This document shows positions 12,005 through 25,254 of a stretch of 64,000 nucleotides of DNA, one piece after another. The notes beneath the pieces are model-generated. The model saw only the letters and a program-made list of their open reading frames with translations. It did no database searches and had not been told where the DNA came from. The DNA is taken from contig NC_087436.1 in assembly GCF_036321535.1 (NCBI RefSeq), forward strand, positions 90,274,001 to 90,338,000. Direction: 5' to 3'. This DNA is from Camelus dromedarius. Lineage: Eukaryota. The position numbers and the translations under genes were made by a program. Every line of letters begins with the position of its first letter. Within the stretch, counting starts at the first letter, position 1.

Positions 12005-13665
12005 ATTAGTCACAATAAAATACAGATTTAGTACCTAGGAAATCACATTAATAGGAAATACTAAATTGAAGCACAGAAATAGATAAGAAAGAAAAACAAA
12101 ATGGGTGCATAAGAAGAAATTAGGGCACACTGACAATATAACAGGTAACCAGAGTTACAGAAGCAAAGGAGAGATTGGGGTAAAAGCAATATTTGAACTT
12201 GTAATGTCTGAGAATTTTCAAAACATAAAAAAGACGCCAAATCACAAATTTAGGAAGCTCAGCAAAGCTTATGCATAATTAATACAAAGAAAACCATATC
12301 TGGGTATATTCTAGGTGAACTACTGAAGAATAAGGGCAAAGTGAAAATCTTAAAAGTAGCTGGAGAAAAAGACAATATATTCTGGGAGCAGAAATAAGAA
12401 GAGTAAGGGATGATTTTTTTTCACCAAAAACTATGAAAGCCATAAAGCATGGAATGCATTATAAAATTGTTGAGAGAATATAACTGCAAACCTAGAAGTT
12501 TATAGCCAGTAAAGATGGTCTTTTACAATGAAAGTGAAACAAAGACATTTTCAAATGAATAAAAGCCAAGAGTATTTGTGATCAATAAGACTTGTATTAT
12601 AAGAGAAAATTTCTTCCAGATGAATTTCAAATCTAAATTTGAATAGAGGAACAGGAAAATTTTAGAAGAAACTCATGAGGGCAAATTATTGACCATGAAG
12701 AAGACAAGATTTCTTTTTAAAATTAGACTATAGTTATAGTAAGAACTTATATTTATCAAAGGATAACACAAGGACAGTGAAAAAACAAGATACAAAGTAG
12801 AAGATGTTTGTATTAATACAGCTGGTGAAGAACACATATCCAACACATAAATAAAATAGCTACTAAAGAATATCAAAGAGACTGAAAAATCTAATTGAAA
12901 AAGCAAAAGAAAAACTCTTAATTAGGCATTTCTTTAAACAAGAATATCCAAATGAATGATAAATATATTGAAAAGTGTTCAACTTTATTGGGTTTAGGAA
13001 AATGCAAAATAAAACACAAAGCAATACCACAAGTTGGCAAAATGTGGACAATTTGCAACTATCATTCACTACTGGTGGGAATTTAAACCATTATTATTCC
13101 TTTGGATACCTGTATCTGTCAGTATCTATTGAAGCTAAACATATGCATATCCTATGAATATGGAATTCTACTCCAAGGATTATATTCAACAAAATGCATA
13201 CATCTGGTCTCCAGAATCATGTTCATAAATTTTCATAACAGTGTTCCTTGTAATAGTAAAAAATTGGATACTACCCAAATAACCATCAAAGCTAGAATAG
13301 ATAAATGGTCGTGTATTCACACTATATAAGTCTATAAAGAAATTAGAATAAATGAACTGATGTTATAAGCAAGAATATGACTGATTGTTAACAAGCAGTA
13401 TATTAAACAAAATTAGTCAGACACAAAAACGTATATACTACATGATTCTATTCATATAAATTTAAAATATATATATGATGAATATTATGATAGTACCTGT
13501 AAGTGAAGGGTGAGTAGTATCTGAGAGAGAGTCCCTTACATGCTGATTTTTTTTTTTTTTTGCTCAGGTTTGTAGTCACATAGCATGCACCATTTATGAA
13601 CTGTAATTATGCTGACATGATTTTTGCACTTTTCAGTAGTATATTGTTTCCATAAAAATTCAAAG
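12005..13665 (+). mobile_element. Old L1 (L1ME-like): ORF1 remnant (to about 12620) plus ORF2 3' end/3'UTR remnant
   Basis: GCAATATTTGAA...TGAGAATTTTC...GAAGCTCAG...AAAATCTTAAAAGTAGC (ORF1); GGAAAATGCAAAATAAAAC...GTTGGCAAAATGTGGA...ACTGGTGGGAAT...GATTCTATTCATATAAA (ORF2 end and UTR). Confidence 0.75.
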
Positions 13666-14534
13666 AGAAAAAAGAATACAGAGTGACTAACTGTAACCGT
13701 GTAGAAAGGATAAAACACAGGTTCTTGAACTAGAAGGTAAAAAGCAGCATTTGAAAATGTATATGCACTCACAAAAAATTTTAAAAAGGGAAACAAAAAA
13801 ATAATAAATGTATGTGAATTATACATTACAGGTAATTATTAAATTATTTTGTTTAGGTTTGAAATTATAATTTCCTAGTTCTCTAACATACACTTTTCTT
13901 CTTTAGTAAGAACAGAATTCTGTAATATTTCAGTTAAACAGCAGCAATTGGAAGAGTAAGAGAAATATCTCCAGTGACAAATCATGGCTACTTTACTCCA
14001 ACATTCTTATTTCACTTAAAAGAATTCTTATTGTCATTTTTGTTGCTGTTGCAATTATTCTGTTATGTACACTTGTTTGTACAAAGACATAACAAAGGTT
14101 CCGTATGTATCATATATGAAATTTGTCATTTCAGCCACTGATTCATAACTTAACGATGTCTGTATCTTTAAAATGTGCCTTGTCTTTCTATCAGCTTGGA
14201 TTGCTTGCCTGATAGGCCGAAATCGATCTCCCATCATTAACCTCCCTGCTAGGCTGCCCTCACAGGCTCCGGGTTTGTGTGACATTGTTTTATTGCCTTG
14301 AGTTCTACATCAGGATTCTCAGTGCTTTATCGTCCCTCTAATATGGCCATTGTCTCCACTTTAGTTGCTACACTACAACTATTCTGTAGTCTTACTAGAC
14401 TTCTAAGTTATTTGTGTTGATTACATAAACTACACACGCATGCACACACACACACAATGGCAAAGTAGAAAGTAAAGTAAAATCACAATAAATCTTAGTA
14501 TCAGTTTTAACCTCTTGAAGTTGCTAGCCAAAAT

Positions 14535-14730
14535 GCCTTAATTTGCACCCCATCTCTAACACGTTAGCTTGTGACTTTAGGCAAGTTATATAACTGATCT
14601 GCTTCCCTTCTTTACCTGAAAAAGGGAATAAATAGTAACTATGAAATTGGGTTCATGTGAGGAATATAGGATTTAATTTCTGTAAAGCAATTGGAACAAG
14701 GTTTATGATGTTTGTTTTCATGCTATTATT
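14535..14730 (+). mobile_element. MIR SINE
   Basis: TTAGCTTGTGACTTTAGGCAAGTTA...ACCTGAAAAAGGGAATA...TGTAAAGCAATTGGAACA. Confidence 0.65.
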
Positions 14731-15096
14731 TGTATAATTTTTGTTGTTTTTTCTCCCAATGTGTTTTATCTTTTACATAGCTGTATCCTTACTTTTAACT
14801 TAGCATTTATTTCAAAACTTTTCTCAAGTCATTCAAAAAGCTTTTTATTTATTACAAGTAATGATTTTTAAGGAATCAAAATTGTCTTTGGTTAGATACT
14901 TAGGTCTTTTTTTCTTTTCTCAAAATTAAATAATACTGCAATTATCATGTTTGTGCAAAAAACACTTATCTGTATTTCAGAGTATTTTTTCATAGTACAT
15001 TCAAATAAATGAATTATTAAGCTAAAAGATAGTATATTTAAAAGATTTGTGCAATACTGGATATAGAAAAATATATTTAATGGACATGTAAGTTAC

Positions 15097-15252
15097 AGCA
15101 AACATTGTTGTCTAATACAACTTCCTGCAATGATGACAATGTTCTGTAATCAGATCTGTTCAATATAATGACCACTAGATACATGTAGCTTATAAACATT
15201 TAAATGTGGCTGTTTAAATATCTGGGTGCAGGTAGTGGCTATGGGCAACACA
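15097..15252 (+). mobile_element. MER3-like hAT-Charlie MITE
   Basis: TGTCTAATACAACTTCCTGCAATGATGACAATGTTCT...TGTTCAATATAATGACCACTAGATACATGTAGCT...AAATGTGGCT. Confidence 0.75.
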
Positions 15253-15259
15253 AGTTTCC

Positions 15260-16800
15260 ATACTTGTGCAACTTCTGCCCAAATTGCTCATTTCATTGAA
15301 GAAAATGCTCTGCTGCTCTCTGACAATACTCTTCTGACATCTTACAACACCGCCCTCACACCTTTAATTTTTATTATTTCTGTATTTTGAAAATAGCTTA
15401 GCTTATATTTAAGAATGTCTAACAATATGATGGTTAGTTTTGCTTGGTTTTGATCTCTGCAGAAACAATAATCTTTACCCACCCTTATTTTTGTTTGTTT
15501 ATATATTTGTAAGATTTATCTGTGTTGCCCAATGTAGCAGTAGTTTATTCATTCTCAGATTGAAGCATTCCATTTTGTGAGTTTACCATAATTTATTTGT
15601 CTATTATACAGTAAAAAGGCACTTAGTCTGTTTCAAGTTTTTTTTACTGGTATGCTATGAGGAATTATGTGCATTTCTCTGAATGCACATTTTTCAAGAG
15701 TTGTAGTAATATATACAACTGGGAATGAAACTGTTAGGTCATAACATATTTATACTTTCAACTTTACTATATCATTTTAAGTTGTATTTCAAAATGATTG
15801 TACAAATTAATAGTTCCACCAGAAATTTATCTGAGTTCTTTAGGTTCCATATTCTTGTCAACACTTTGTACTATAAGCCTTTTTCATGTAAATAAGAGTA
15901 GTAAAGTATCACTAAGTGAAGTCTTCATTGCATATTTCTGATTACTAATGAAGTGGGACATGTTTTCCTGTGATTAGTCATTAAAATTTTATTTGTGAGA
16001 AATGCCTGTTCATGTCTTTATTTTTTCTGTTGGTTTGGTAATTTTATATATACTTGTGAATTTTTATGTATTTTTAGTTCAGTACAATTTTGACTATATG
16101 CATTGAAATAATTTCCTAATTTGTAGCTTGTATGTCAACTATTTTATAGTATCTTTTGACAAACCTAAGTATCTTTAAATTCTTCATTGATAAATGACAT
16201 TTATCACTCTTTCCTTTGATGGTGATTGCTTCTTGGGTCTTGCTTAATAAATTCTTTCATATCTGTAGACCATAAAACTATAATTCTCTAAGTTGTCTAA
16301 ATATTTTTACAGTTTACATTTCACAGTTAAATATTTAATTTTAAATTGATTGTTCTGTAAGTGTGTGGTAAGAATCTAATTCTGTGTACCCCGGATAACC
16401 TAGCTGTTCCAGAACTTTTCCTTCCTTTCTTCCTTCCTTCCTTCCTTCCTTCCTTCCTTCCTTCCTCCCTCCTCCCTCACTCCCTCCCTCCCTTTCTTTC
16501 TTCATGTTATCTGCAATGCCACTTCTGTTTTAAAACAATTTTCACATAGAAATGAAACTGTTTCTGGTTCTCCATTCTGTGCCATGGGTTAATTTGTTGC
16601 TATTTCCATGCAACCATCACAATTTAAATTACAGTAATTTTAGAATAAGTCTTGATGGCTGCTAAGGAAAGATCATTACATTATTTTTCTTTCCTAGAAG
16701 TTTCTTGCCTTTCTTAGTCCTTTGTTCTACCACATAAATTTGATAATCATATATCAAGCTATTTAACAATTACAACTGGAATTTTGATATGGAAATGTTT
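15260..16800 (-). mobile_element. Old L1 (L1ME-like) 3' region
   Basis: T-rich reversed L1: TCCATATTCTTGTCAACACTT, TTTCTGATTACTAATGAAGT, GAAATGCCTGTTCATGTCTT, TCTGGTTCTCCATTCTGTGCCAT. Confidence 0.75.
16416..16502. repeat. (CCTT)n/(CCCT)n microsatellite
   Basis: Directly visible pyrimidine tetranucleotide array. Confidence 0.95.
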
Positions 16801-17334
16801 TGAGTGCCTCCTTTTTCAACATTACAAACAATAAGTAGAAAACCCCAAAGCCATTCATGATCAGATACAATTAGAAAAGACGTTTGAGGATTTGTCCATA
16901 AAGCATATATTTCCTCTTCTGTTGTCTCACTGTTGATCCCTTCATTTAAAAAAAATGGACTCTAGAATGTCCATATATAAGTGTGAAATCTCTAAATTAA
17001 TTTCTAATTCATTGTTCTGATTAACTGTTCCTAATTAGGAACTCAGAATGAGGGGCTGCTATACTAATGACAAATAAGAAATTATTTTCCCCCAAACTGG
17101 AATTTCCCAGTGGCTCCTGGAATTGTCTGTCACATACAAAGTTCAGTGCATATAAAATATAAAATATTCCTTACTAAAATCTTTTGGAAAGCTATGTTCT
17201 CAACCTGTGAAAGTTCACTCCCTAGGGATATCACTATGTTTCTGCCATGTTTTATATAACAATAATAATATCAGAGAACATCATTGAAAACATGCAAAAT
17301 ACTAAGGACATTATCTTTTTAAATTTTCGATTCA

Positions 17335-17465
17335 ACCCATGATTCTATAATCATAACCAATTGTTAGATGATGACTTGGAAATTCAGATGCATCAATTAT
17401 ATTTTCCTTAGTCACATGGCTGGTAAGTGGGAAAACTTGCATTTAAACTCAACTCTATCTGAGAA
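17335..17465 (-). mobile_element. MIR fragment
   Basis: TAGATGATGACTTGGAAATTCAGA...GTCACATGGCTGGTAAGTGG...ATTTAAACTCA. Confidence 0.6.
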
Positions 17466-17539
17466 GAAGGTAAAAAGAAATATTTAAATTAACAGATTTT
17501 TTTAAAAGTATGCTGATATGGCATCTCAGTATTGTTTTG

Positions 17540-18020
17540 GGTGGTAGGCCAAAAATAACTCCTCAAATATATCCAAGTCCTAAACCTTGGAATCTGTAAC
17601 ATAATTAATTTAAAGATCTTACAAAGGGGAGATTATCCTCTATTACCTGCATGGGCTTGGTATAATCATAAGGGCCCTTATACAAGAGAAACGGGAAATC
17701 AGAGTGGTAGTAGGACACCGAATGTTGAAGCAAGAGATAAGAGTGATGCAAGGAAGGGTCCACAAGCCAAGAAACATGGCCTCTAGGTGTATTTAGAGGT
17801 TGGCATCTAGAGGCTTCTAGAACAACCTCTAGAAGTTGAAAAGGACCAGGAAACAATTTAGAGCCTCCAGCTATAACCAGTCATTCCAATACCCTGACTT
17901 TAGTCCACTGAGACTAATTTTGGACTTCAGACATCTACAACTGTCAGATAATAAATGTGTTATTGTTTAAGCCATTAAGTGTATGGTAATTTGTTACATT
18001 AACAATAACAATCTAACCCA
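17540..18020 (+). mobile_element. MaLR solo LTR, MLT1D-like
   Basis: GTGGTAGGCCAAAAATAACTCC start; GGGGAGATTATCCT; ATAATAAATGTGTTATTGTTTAAGCCATTAAGTGTATGGTAATTTGTTACA end. Confidence 0.85.
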
Positions 18021-18719
18021 GTTTGCTTTACTTAAATAAACTCTCCAAGAATACTGCCTCAGAGTCTAGCTCTAGATCAGGCTAGGAAACATTTTTGTTA
18101 ACTGAACTAACATGTTAGAGAGTTTACTAATAAACACCTGGTACTGAGAAGATGTCTCCTTTGGGAAACTTGTACTGTGGGCCTAAAATATCTAAGTCAT
18201 TGCAGATGAAGTCTTTCTCCTTGGTTGGTTCCCATTTCAAAAACATTTGTCTTTTTTTCCTTCACAGCCTGTTGAGCTTTGTCATGCTGGATATTTCCCA
18301 CAGCTCTTTTGCCACTGCAACTAAATGGTAGGGAGCCAAGGCTTTAAAAGACCATTAAACCCTTACATGGATAAGAGCTGACACCCCACAAGTCTGAACA
18401 TGAAAACAAATCTATTGGCCGTGGTCACTATGAAGCTAGTCAACTGAAGTTTTGGTTACACGCTCTCCACCATCAGACTATCCACAATAAAAACAGTTCA
18501 TCAGTATTATGCAGAGGCTAAGTATTTTAGGGTATTTTCTGCAATATAGAATCAATTCCTAATTGAAAACTGAATTCTGAAAGGTTATGTCAGGTGAATT
18601 AAGAGAGGCAAAGAATGTTGTAGGTTTATAGATCTGTGAATAAAATGCAGAAACTTAGATCTTAGTATGACATTTAATTTTATTAAACATTGAGGTTGTT
18701 CTGAAACCCATTGATAGTG

Positions 18720-18909
18720 CAGGTTTACACTACCTTATCTAAAACTTTTGGAGGAAAAAATATGTTTTGGAATTCAGAATTTGGTGGATAATAATAAAAA
18801 AAAAATACCCTTTAATCCAGCACCTTGGTATTTACACAACGAAATATATAAATATTCATGCCAAGAGGTGTTTAGAGCACTTTCAAATTTGAAAATGACT
18901 GAAGACCTG
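18720..18909. mobile_element. MER46C/Tigger4-like MITE remnant
   Basis: CAGGTTTACACTACCTTATCTAAAAC...TGTTTTGGAATTCAGAATTT ... GACCTG termini (CAGGT/ACCTG inverted) with TA on the right. Confidence 0.6.
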
Positions 18910-19221
18910 TAGTTTCGGAGCCTTCGCCCTTTATCTAATCCTCACACAAACTTGTCCTCTCAGCACCTTACTTATGTCTTATCATACTGCTATGTGATTA
19001 CTTAGCCCTCTGCCAGTCCTCCAAACTCTTGTTGAGTTTTGTTCAATGGTATCTGCTATTTACAAATCGAAAGTACTGTCATTTCAGGTTTTTTGTTTTG
19101 TTTCATTTTGTTTTGCTTTTGTTTTTTCACTTTAGCCTAACTCTGAAAGTAAAATATAGCTATATATCTACATATCTACATATATGTATATATATTTCAT
19201 GACTATACACAACACTTTGAT

Positions 19222-19549
19222 AGTCACTGTTTCCTTTGGTGATAGAATTTTATATTTTCACCCTGTTGAACTCAAAGGCTGTCATGTGACATGCTTTGGG
19301 CAATTAAATGTAAGCAGAGGTCACAAAGGGTCACTTTTGGGTAGAAGTTTATAAAGCAAGATCATGACACACTTTATTCTCTTTCCTCTGCCTCTGAGAT
19401 TATGAACACATGTGTCAAAATACAGCCTCAGTGAAAATGGATACATAAAGAAATATTTCAACACAGCCCCTTTTTGACCCATAATGAGTCTCTAAGATAT
19501 TTAGGCTGCATTTTACTGAAGAATATTCCAGCCTAGCCTGACCAATGCA
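19222..19549 (+). mobile_element. MaLR LTR (MLT1I/J-like)
   Basis: GTCATGTGACATGCTTTGGGCAATTAAATGTAAGCAGAGGT...CCTAGCCTGACCAATGCA end. Confidence 0.65.
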
Positions 19550-20054
19550 AATATTTTATTAAAATGATCTAATAAGGACATTCTAAACATACATAAAGTA
19601 CAGTCAGTTGCACAGATTAAACCTGGGCATCTGTCATTGTAATTAAACGCATAACACCAATTCAAAATTTTTACATCTGATCTTTTAAAACAGAATTTAA
19701 AAATTTACAGATATAGCTACTTCCCATCCTCCTCATTTCATAGACACAGTTGTTATTTATAAATGGAGTATCCTTTCCCTGTTCATTATCTTACATTTAC
19801 TACTTATGACCATTAGAAGAATAATATCTATATTACCCCTGATGATTAGTTGCCAGCAAGCCTCAGCCATTCCAAAATCCTGCATTCCCCAGGGAAGATA
19901 CGGAGCCCAGTCTAATGATGCTCTTCCTACCCTTGATCCTAGCCTATAGCGGTTGGCCCAGGACAAAATCATCGACAATGTCAGCAGACCCACCTGCCAG
20001 GACATCCTCCATTCTCTTTGAGATCTCTCTTAGAGGTTCTCCTAGGGTTCATTT

Positions 20055-21194
20055 TCAGGTGGAGAGATATTCAGTACCACATATAAAATTTATAAATCCT
20101 TCCTCAATACTCTGCCAAGGCAGTTCCACCATTCTCACCTCATTAACTCAAGGCAAATTTTGTATCCTAGGATAAGTAATCCATTCTAGTCATGTATCAA
20201 AAGAAGTTCCATACATACTTGGCAGGAATTTAATATCTAATACATAGGAGAGTGCTTCCATATCAATAAATTCTCCACCCAGCTTTGTATTCTGTACTCC
20301 TACACTAGCTCAAAAACTTCATGATCCACACCTATACATGTTCCTTCAATTCCTGCCTAAATATACATATATATTAGGTCTTGCAATTATTTCAGAGTAA
20401 TTACTATTTTCTCTTGGAACACAGGCTGAAGTCTTCCTCTCTTGTTAACTGTCTCAAAGCAATAAGGAGAGAAAACAAGAGGACCTGCATTGTTTTGCAA
20501 AGCATCTGCCTTAGGTGATATTTTTCCTGAGTTCCAATACAAGTTGACATTGTAATCATCTAACAAGGAGAGGGTTCTTCTTAGTGTCAATATTGCTCAA
20601 AGGAAACTGTGATTTCAAGATATGGGGAATCATCCAAACCAGCTTCCCCATCCCAGAGCTCAGATTTCCACTCCTTCCTTATCGAGACCTGAGCTTTTGC
20701 ATAGGGAATCTGTTGACATTGCAAAATAAAAGTCTCCTTTGCAGTTCTGCTAGAGAATGAAATCTCAGGACTAATTTTCAGCATGAATTTGTACTATAGC
20801 TTCAAGAGAAGAGGCTATTTTCGAAGTTATCCCCAAAGGCCTTCTGAGTGATTTCAGTTAATACTTAATTGACCTGGGCCTCTCATTTTCTTTTTCCAAG
20901 ACTTTTGAAGTCCTTAACCAAAACCAGCTAATTTCACACATCTTTAAATAATATCCAAGTGCCTTGGTTACTTTATAGGCCAATATGTTATAAGCTTTAC
21001 CCTCCATAATGCACCTAATTTCATATCAACACCACCTGTGTGAGTTTTAGTTAATTGTGTTGCTACCATGCACAGGCATCACCACCACTTAGCACCAGAA
21101 ATGGGGCCCTTGTTTCTGTCTGCCCACCAAGTGTTGTATTTCTAGAGTCCTATTCCTAGGATCTATTTCCGGGGCTACTTCCAGGGCCAGCAGT
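20055..21194 (-). mobile_element. gag: ERVL internal region: leader and decayed gag
   Basis: Minus strand gives NEVRMVELPWQSIEEG (ERVL gag EVEMPELPW..VEEG) and TKLGGEFIDMEALS (IKLDQAEFIDMG.LS); abuts the LTR. Confidence 0.75.
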
Positions 21195-21643
21195 GTTAGC
21201 TTGAGTTATCTGTACTACTTCAAACCTGCCTTTGCAAAAGCAACTGGATGAGGGGAAGTCATTGCACAGGTGCATTACTGAGGTCACTAGTGAGGGCATC
21301 TGGTGCTCAGTTCCTCCCTGGGCCTATGGAGGAGCCGCGAGAATGACTCTCAAGATTGCTCAACAATGAATTGACTTGGGGGAACATTTACTCTTTGGCC
21401 CCTGTCCTCACCACCACATTGGTTAAGAATGGCCTACGGGGGCATGATCACTATGCATCAGTGGGCTGTCAATAGTTAGGCATGCATACCTATGATAAAA
21501 GAGAGACAGCTTTATCCTGAGGCTAGACACTTGTAATACCAGGTATATTGAATTCTGCAAAAAAAAGAATGATCAGCCACTGATCAAATATGGTCTTAGG
21601 TGATGCCAACCAAATGAAAGGTAGGACACAAGAAATGTCATAC
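21195..21643 (-). mobile_element. LTR33-family (ERVL) 5' LTR
   Basis: GGTGCATTACTGAGGTCACT...GGTGCTCAGTTCC...CATTGGTTAAG...GGGGGCATGA; TG...CA termini. Confidence 0.65.
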
Positions 21644-22567
21644 AAAAAAACTGGCTTTGCAACATACATGTCTTGCATAGTTTTTTAAAAAGCATGTATT
21701 CAAAGTGGAGTTTATTCAAATATGTATGTAAATAAAAAGGCAACGAAATAAATAAGTGATTAAATAAATACTATTTTTTAAAGGGAAATCCCCATGTAGA
21801 AAGTTCTTACTGAATGGAATTAGGAGTCTATACTATCTTTGTTTTTATTAATTAATTTTTCTGATTTGTTTTGCCCAGTGCTGGACCTAAAGTCTAGAGA
21901 TTGCTCTGTTTTAGCAAGATACTCTGTATTTTAGACAGAATTAAAAGAAAAATAACACTCAAGGCTCTTTTCCCTCTTAATCTTTGTTAGATAGCTTTAG
22001 TTCAGTCCTTAGCACACTATGGCTTTAATTAGTTGCTAGGTGATAGCTGTCATTCTGTAGTATCTGGCTATCTCTGCTGTTGCAGGTGGCAGGATTCCTG
22101 GGAGCAAGGCCAAATTGAGCTCTGAAGTGGTTAATAATATGTCAATATCTAAACAATCCCTTGGCCATTCTATTCATTTTTACTTAATCTAAATAAAGTT
22201 CAGAGATCTCACTAACCCTGGATGCAGGGAAAAGATAAAGGAATTTTGAAAAAGCAGCATATGAATGTAAAATATAACTAAGTATATAATATTTAAAAGC
22301 AGACAACTTATTTTCCATCCTTAATTTGCAATAGAATCCAGGATAAAGGACTGTGAAAGAGAATTTTGGTTTTGTACTTTCTCTTTCTGATTAAATGTTC
22401 ACAACCCCATTCTGGTAAGGTTTCCTCTCATTAGCGTCACATTTATATCATTAGCAATAGCAAGAGCTACAATTTCCTGAGTACGTATTATGAGCCATGC
22501 ATAGATAGTCATAACAACGATTCCTAAGTCAGGGTATACTAATTCATATTCCACTAAATAAGGAAAA

Positions 22568-22632
22568 AGAGAGAGAGAGACAGAGAGAGAGAGAGGGAGG
22601 GAGGGAAGAAGGAAGAAAAGAAGGAAGAAAGG
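22568..22632. repeat. (GA)n/(GGAA)n purine microsatellite
   Basis: Directly visible. Confidence 0.9.
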
Positions 22633-24759
22633 TCAAATGTATAGTCAAAGGAACATATCCAGTAAAACAAAAATGTTGATGCCACTAATCCACCTATTTG
22701 TATTTTTCTACATATTTTTATAACTCCTGAAATAAAGCTGATGCTTGTGTAATATCCTTAGGCCTGAGGTCCTTGAAGGATTAATACTTATTACAGAATC
22801 TTCAATGTTTATTGCAATCATATATTTCTTTTCCTCTCTCTCTTTCTCTCTCCTTCTCTATTTCTATATCATGAGTCAGAAATTTAAAATATAGAAATAT
22901 TTTTTTAAAAAAGCAAAAATATTTTAAAAGAGTAAATCATAGTATTGTGACAAACTGGATAATCTTCAAAGATGAGTGAAAATAGTAGAATATTTGAAAG
23001 AGCTTGGCAGGGTTAGCATAAAAATATCTAGCTAACGTAGGTGAATGGATGAAAGTATTATTGATGGATACATAGCTATACAGAGATACCTACTGGGTAG
23101 GTTAATAGAGTGAGTGTTAGATTTCTATTTTTAAAGCAGAGTGAATGGTAGTCATATGCAAAGGAGGATGAAGTGCTCTTACTGTAATAAAAGCAAACAG
23201 TGGACATTTTGGAGGGAGCAGCCATGAGAAGACTGGAGATAACTAGGCTTTCCCACCCAGCATAAAGAAAACAAGTGGTAAAAGAAAGAAACCACAGTCA
23301 ACCTACAGGGCAAGACTTGAAAGAGACGCTGAATCTCCTTTTAATTCTTGTATGCATATTTATTTGCATTTTAGGTCTAGACTGCATGTGTACTTTATGT
23401 GTGGAAACAGAAAAAGGATATAAGATCAATGAAGCACTGGTAAATCAGTGCCAGACAAAGCTGAGCATATTGAATAAAATGGCACACTAGTAATTAACAG
23501 TAAAATATATATTCAAAATGCTATTGAACTATATCAGTTTGTTTTTATGAGTCCTTAGTGTCCTTTTTTATTTGATTTCCCTTCTCCTATGTATCTTTAA
23601 ATCACATTTATGTATATTAACTATTTTACATAGTTTCCCTATGGCATAAAAAATTAAATAACACAAAAGAAAAATTTTAAACAATATTAAATACTATAAG
23701 TACTACTACAACAAAATGAAATAAAAATATATAGATGAAAGCCAGATACATAGCCATATGACTAGCCAAACCTAAAGGATATGTAAGGTACAGCTAAAAT
23801 CCTAAAAACTGTGTTTATTTTGTTAAATTGCTCATATAATTAGAACTTTTATTAAAATCATGCTAACTTTCCTAATTTTATAAGTGGTAAAAGTGCATGG
23901 CTAAAAATGATTCTGAAAATATTAAATTATATTAATTTTTTAACTTAAACTAAAAATATCTAACAATTACCCAGAGATAATCACTTTCTGCACAATGCAA
24001 TACAACTTAACTTCAATTAAATTTTGCCAAGAAAATAACTGAATTAAAACTAGAAAAAATGCTGACTATAAGAAAAACCAAAATTACTCATAACCAAGAG
24101 ATGATATCCTTTAAAAATCACTCTGAAGCTTATATTATGTATTAAAAAAATAATGTCATTAGACACGTTTATTTTTAATCTCCTATTTCTCTATAGGCCT
24201 AAGTAAAGCTTGCTACAGAGTGAAATTTACTTAATTAGTTCATAAAAACAAGTCATCGTAGACACTATGCAATTGCAAAGCTTATGATTATTTTTCTTAA
24301 AATAAGTTTATAACATCTTAGCTCAATGTCATGATAAAGTTCTATGAACAAATGACCTATAAACCTAATGTCTTACAGAAATGAAAATCATATTCAGAAA
24401 AAAAATCCACCTCATAGTGAAATTACTATCACATATTACCTTATAAATTTAAAGGCATTATATATAGAGATTATGCATGAAATAATCTCTGCTGAATTAT
24501 TCGATTAATGATGATCTGACTTTCCTATTTTAGAAAGCACTTTTTTAAATTCTCGATCAATTACTTTAAATCATGCTATATTTCAGATTGCTTTATATGT
24601 GAAACATGATTTCCTCACATGACATTTTTTGTTGTCTTTAGAGCATCTATTTCACTTTCTCAATTCCAGTTGAAGAAATACATATTTACTTTTTAAGTAA
24701 GTAAGTATTTAAGATATATTTATTTACTTTTATTTTTAAGCTCTTTCACATTCTTAATC

Positions 24760-25240
24760 AAACAACATATTTAACACAGTATCCATATCTTCCTGAAGAC
24801 ACATAAGACCGGATTGCTCTCATTATGTGTTCTAAGTTTCACTAAGTACTATATAAGTTTCCTATTCAGATGCCATACTGGAGTGTAGTTCACTTATCTC
24901 TGGGTGGATATATTGTTTTAACCCATGTTTTCTACTTTCTTGGAAGAATATGGTAAGTAAAATTTCCAAGTCCCAGAAATTTGCAAACATGTTTACTTTC
25001 TTGTTTTGATGAACTCACAGCTTATTAGAGATCAAACATTTTATTGGTGATCAAACATTTTATTGGTTATCAAAAATTTCTAACATGTGGCTAAGTGGCT
25101 AAAATTTCCCTTTCCTTCTGACATTTTGTATACCCCGTCCATCTGAAGATTCAAGTCTCTTCCTTGAAAATAAATGTATTTCTTTTGTTTCTTTGATTAT
25201 TTATGCTCTTACTTAATGGACTTTCCGTTCTATCAGCATT
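24760..25240 (-). mobile_element. Very old L1/HAL1-like fragment
   Basis: T-rich degenerate sequence resembling reversed HAL1; includes a perfect 19-bp tandem duplication GATCAAACATTTTATTGGT (25030-25067). Confidence 0.4.
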
Positions 25241-25254
25241 TCATCATCTGTATC

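Noticed and set aside
18245..18335. Isolated strong acceptor-like sites (here, and at about 4838, 6810, 8255 and 37550)
   Set aside because: I found no convincing paired donor or recognisable reading frame; pyrimidine tract plus AG is frequent by chance in this composition.
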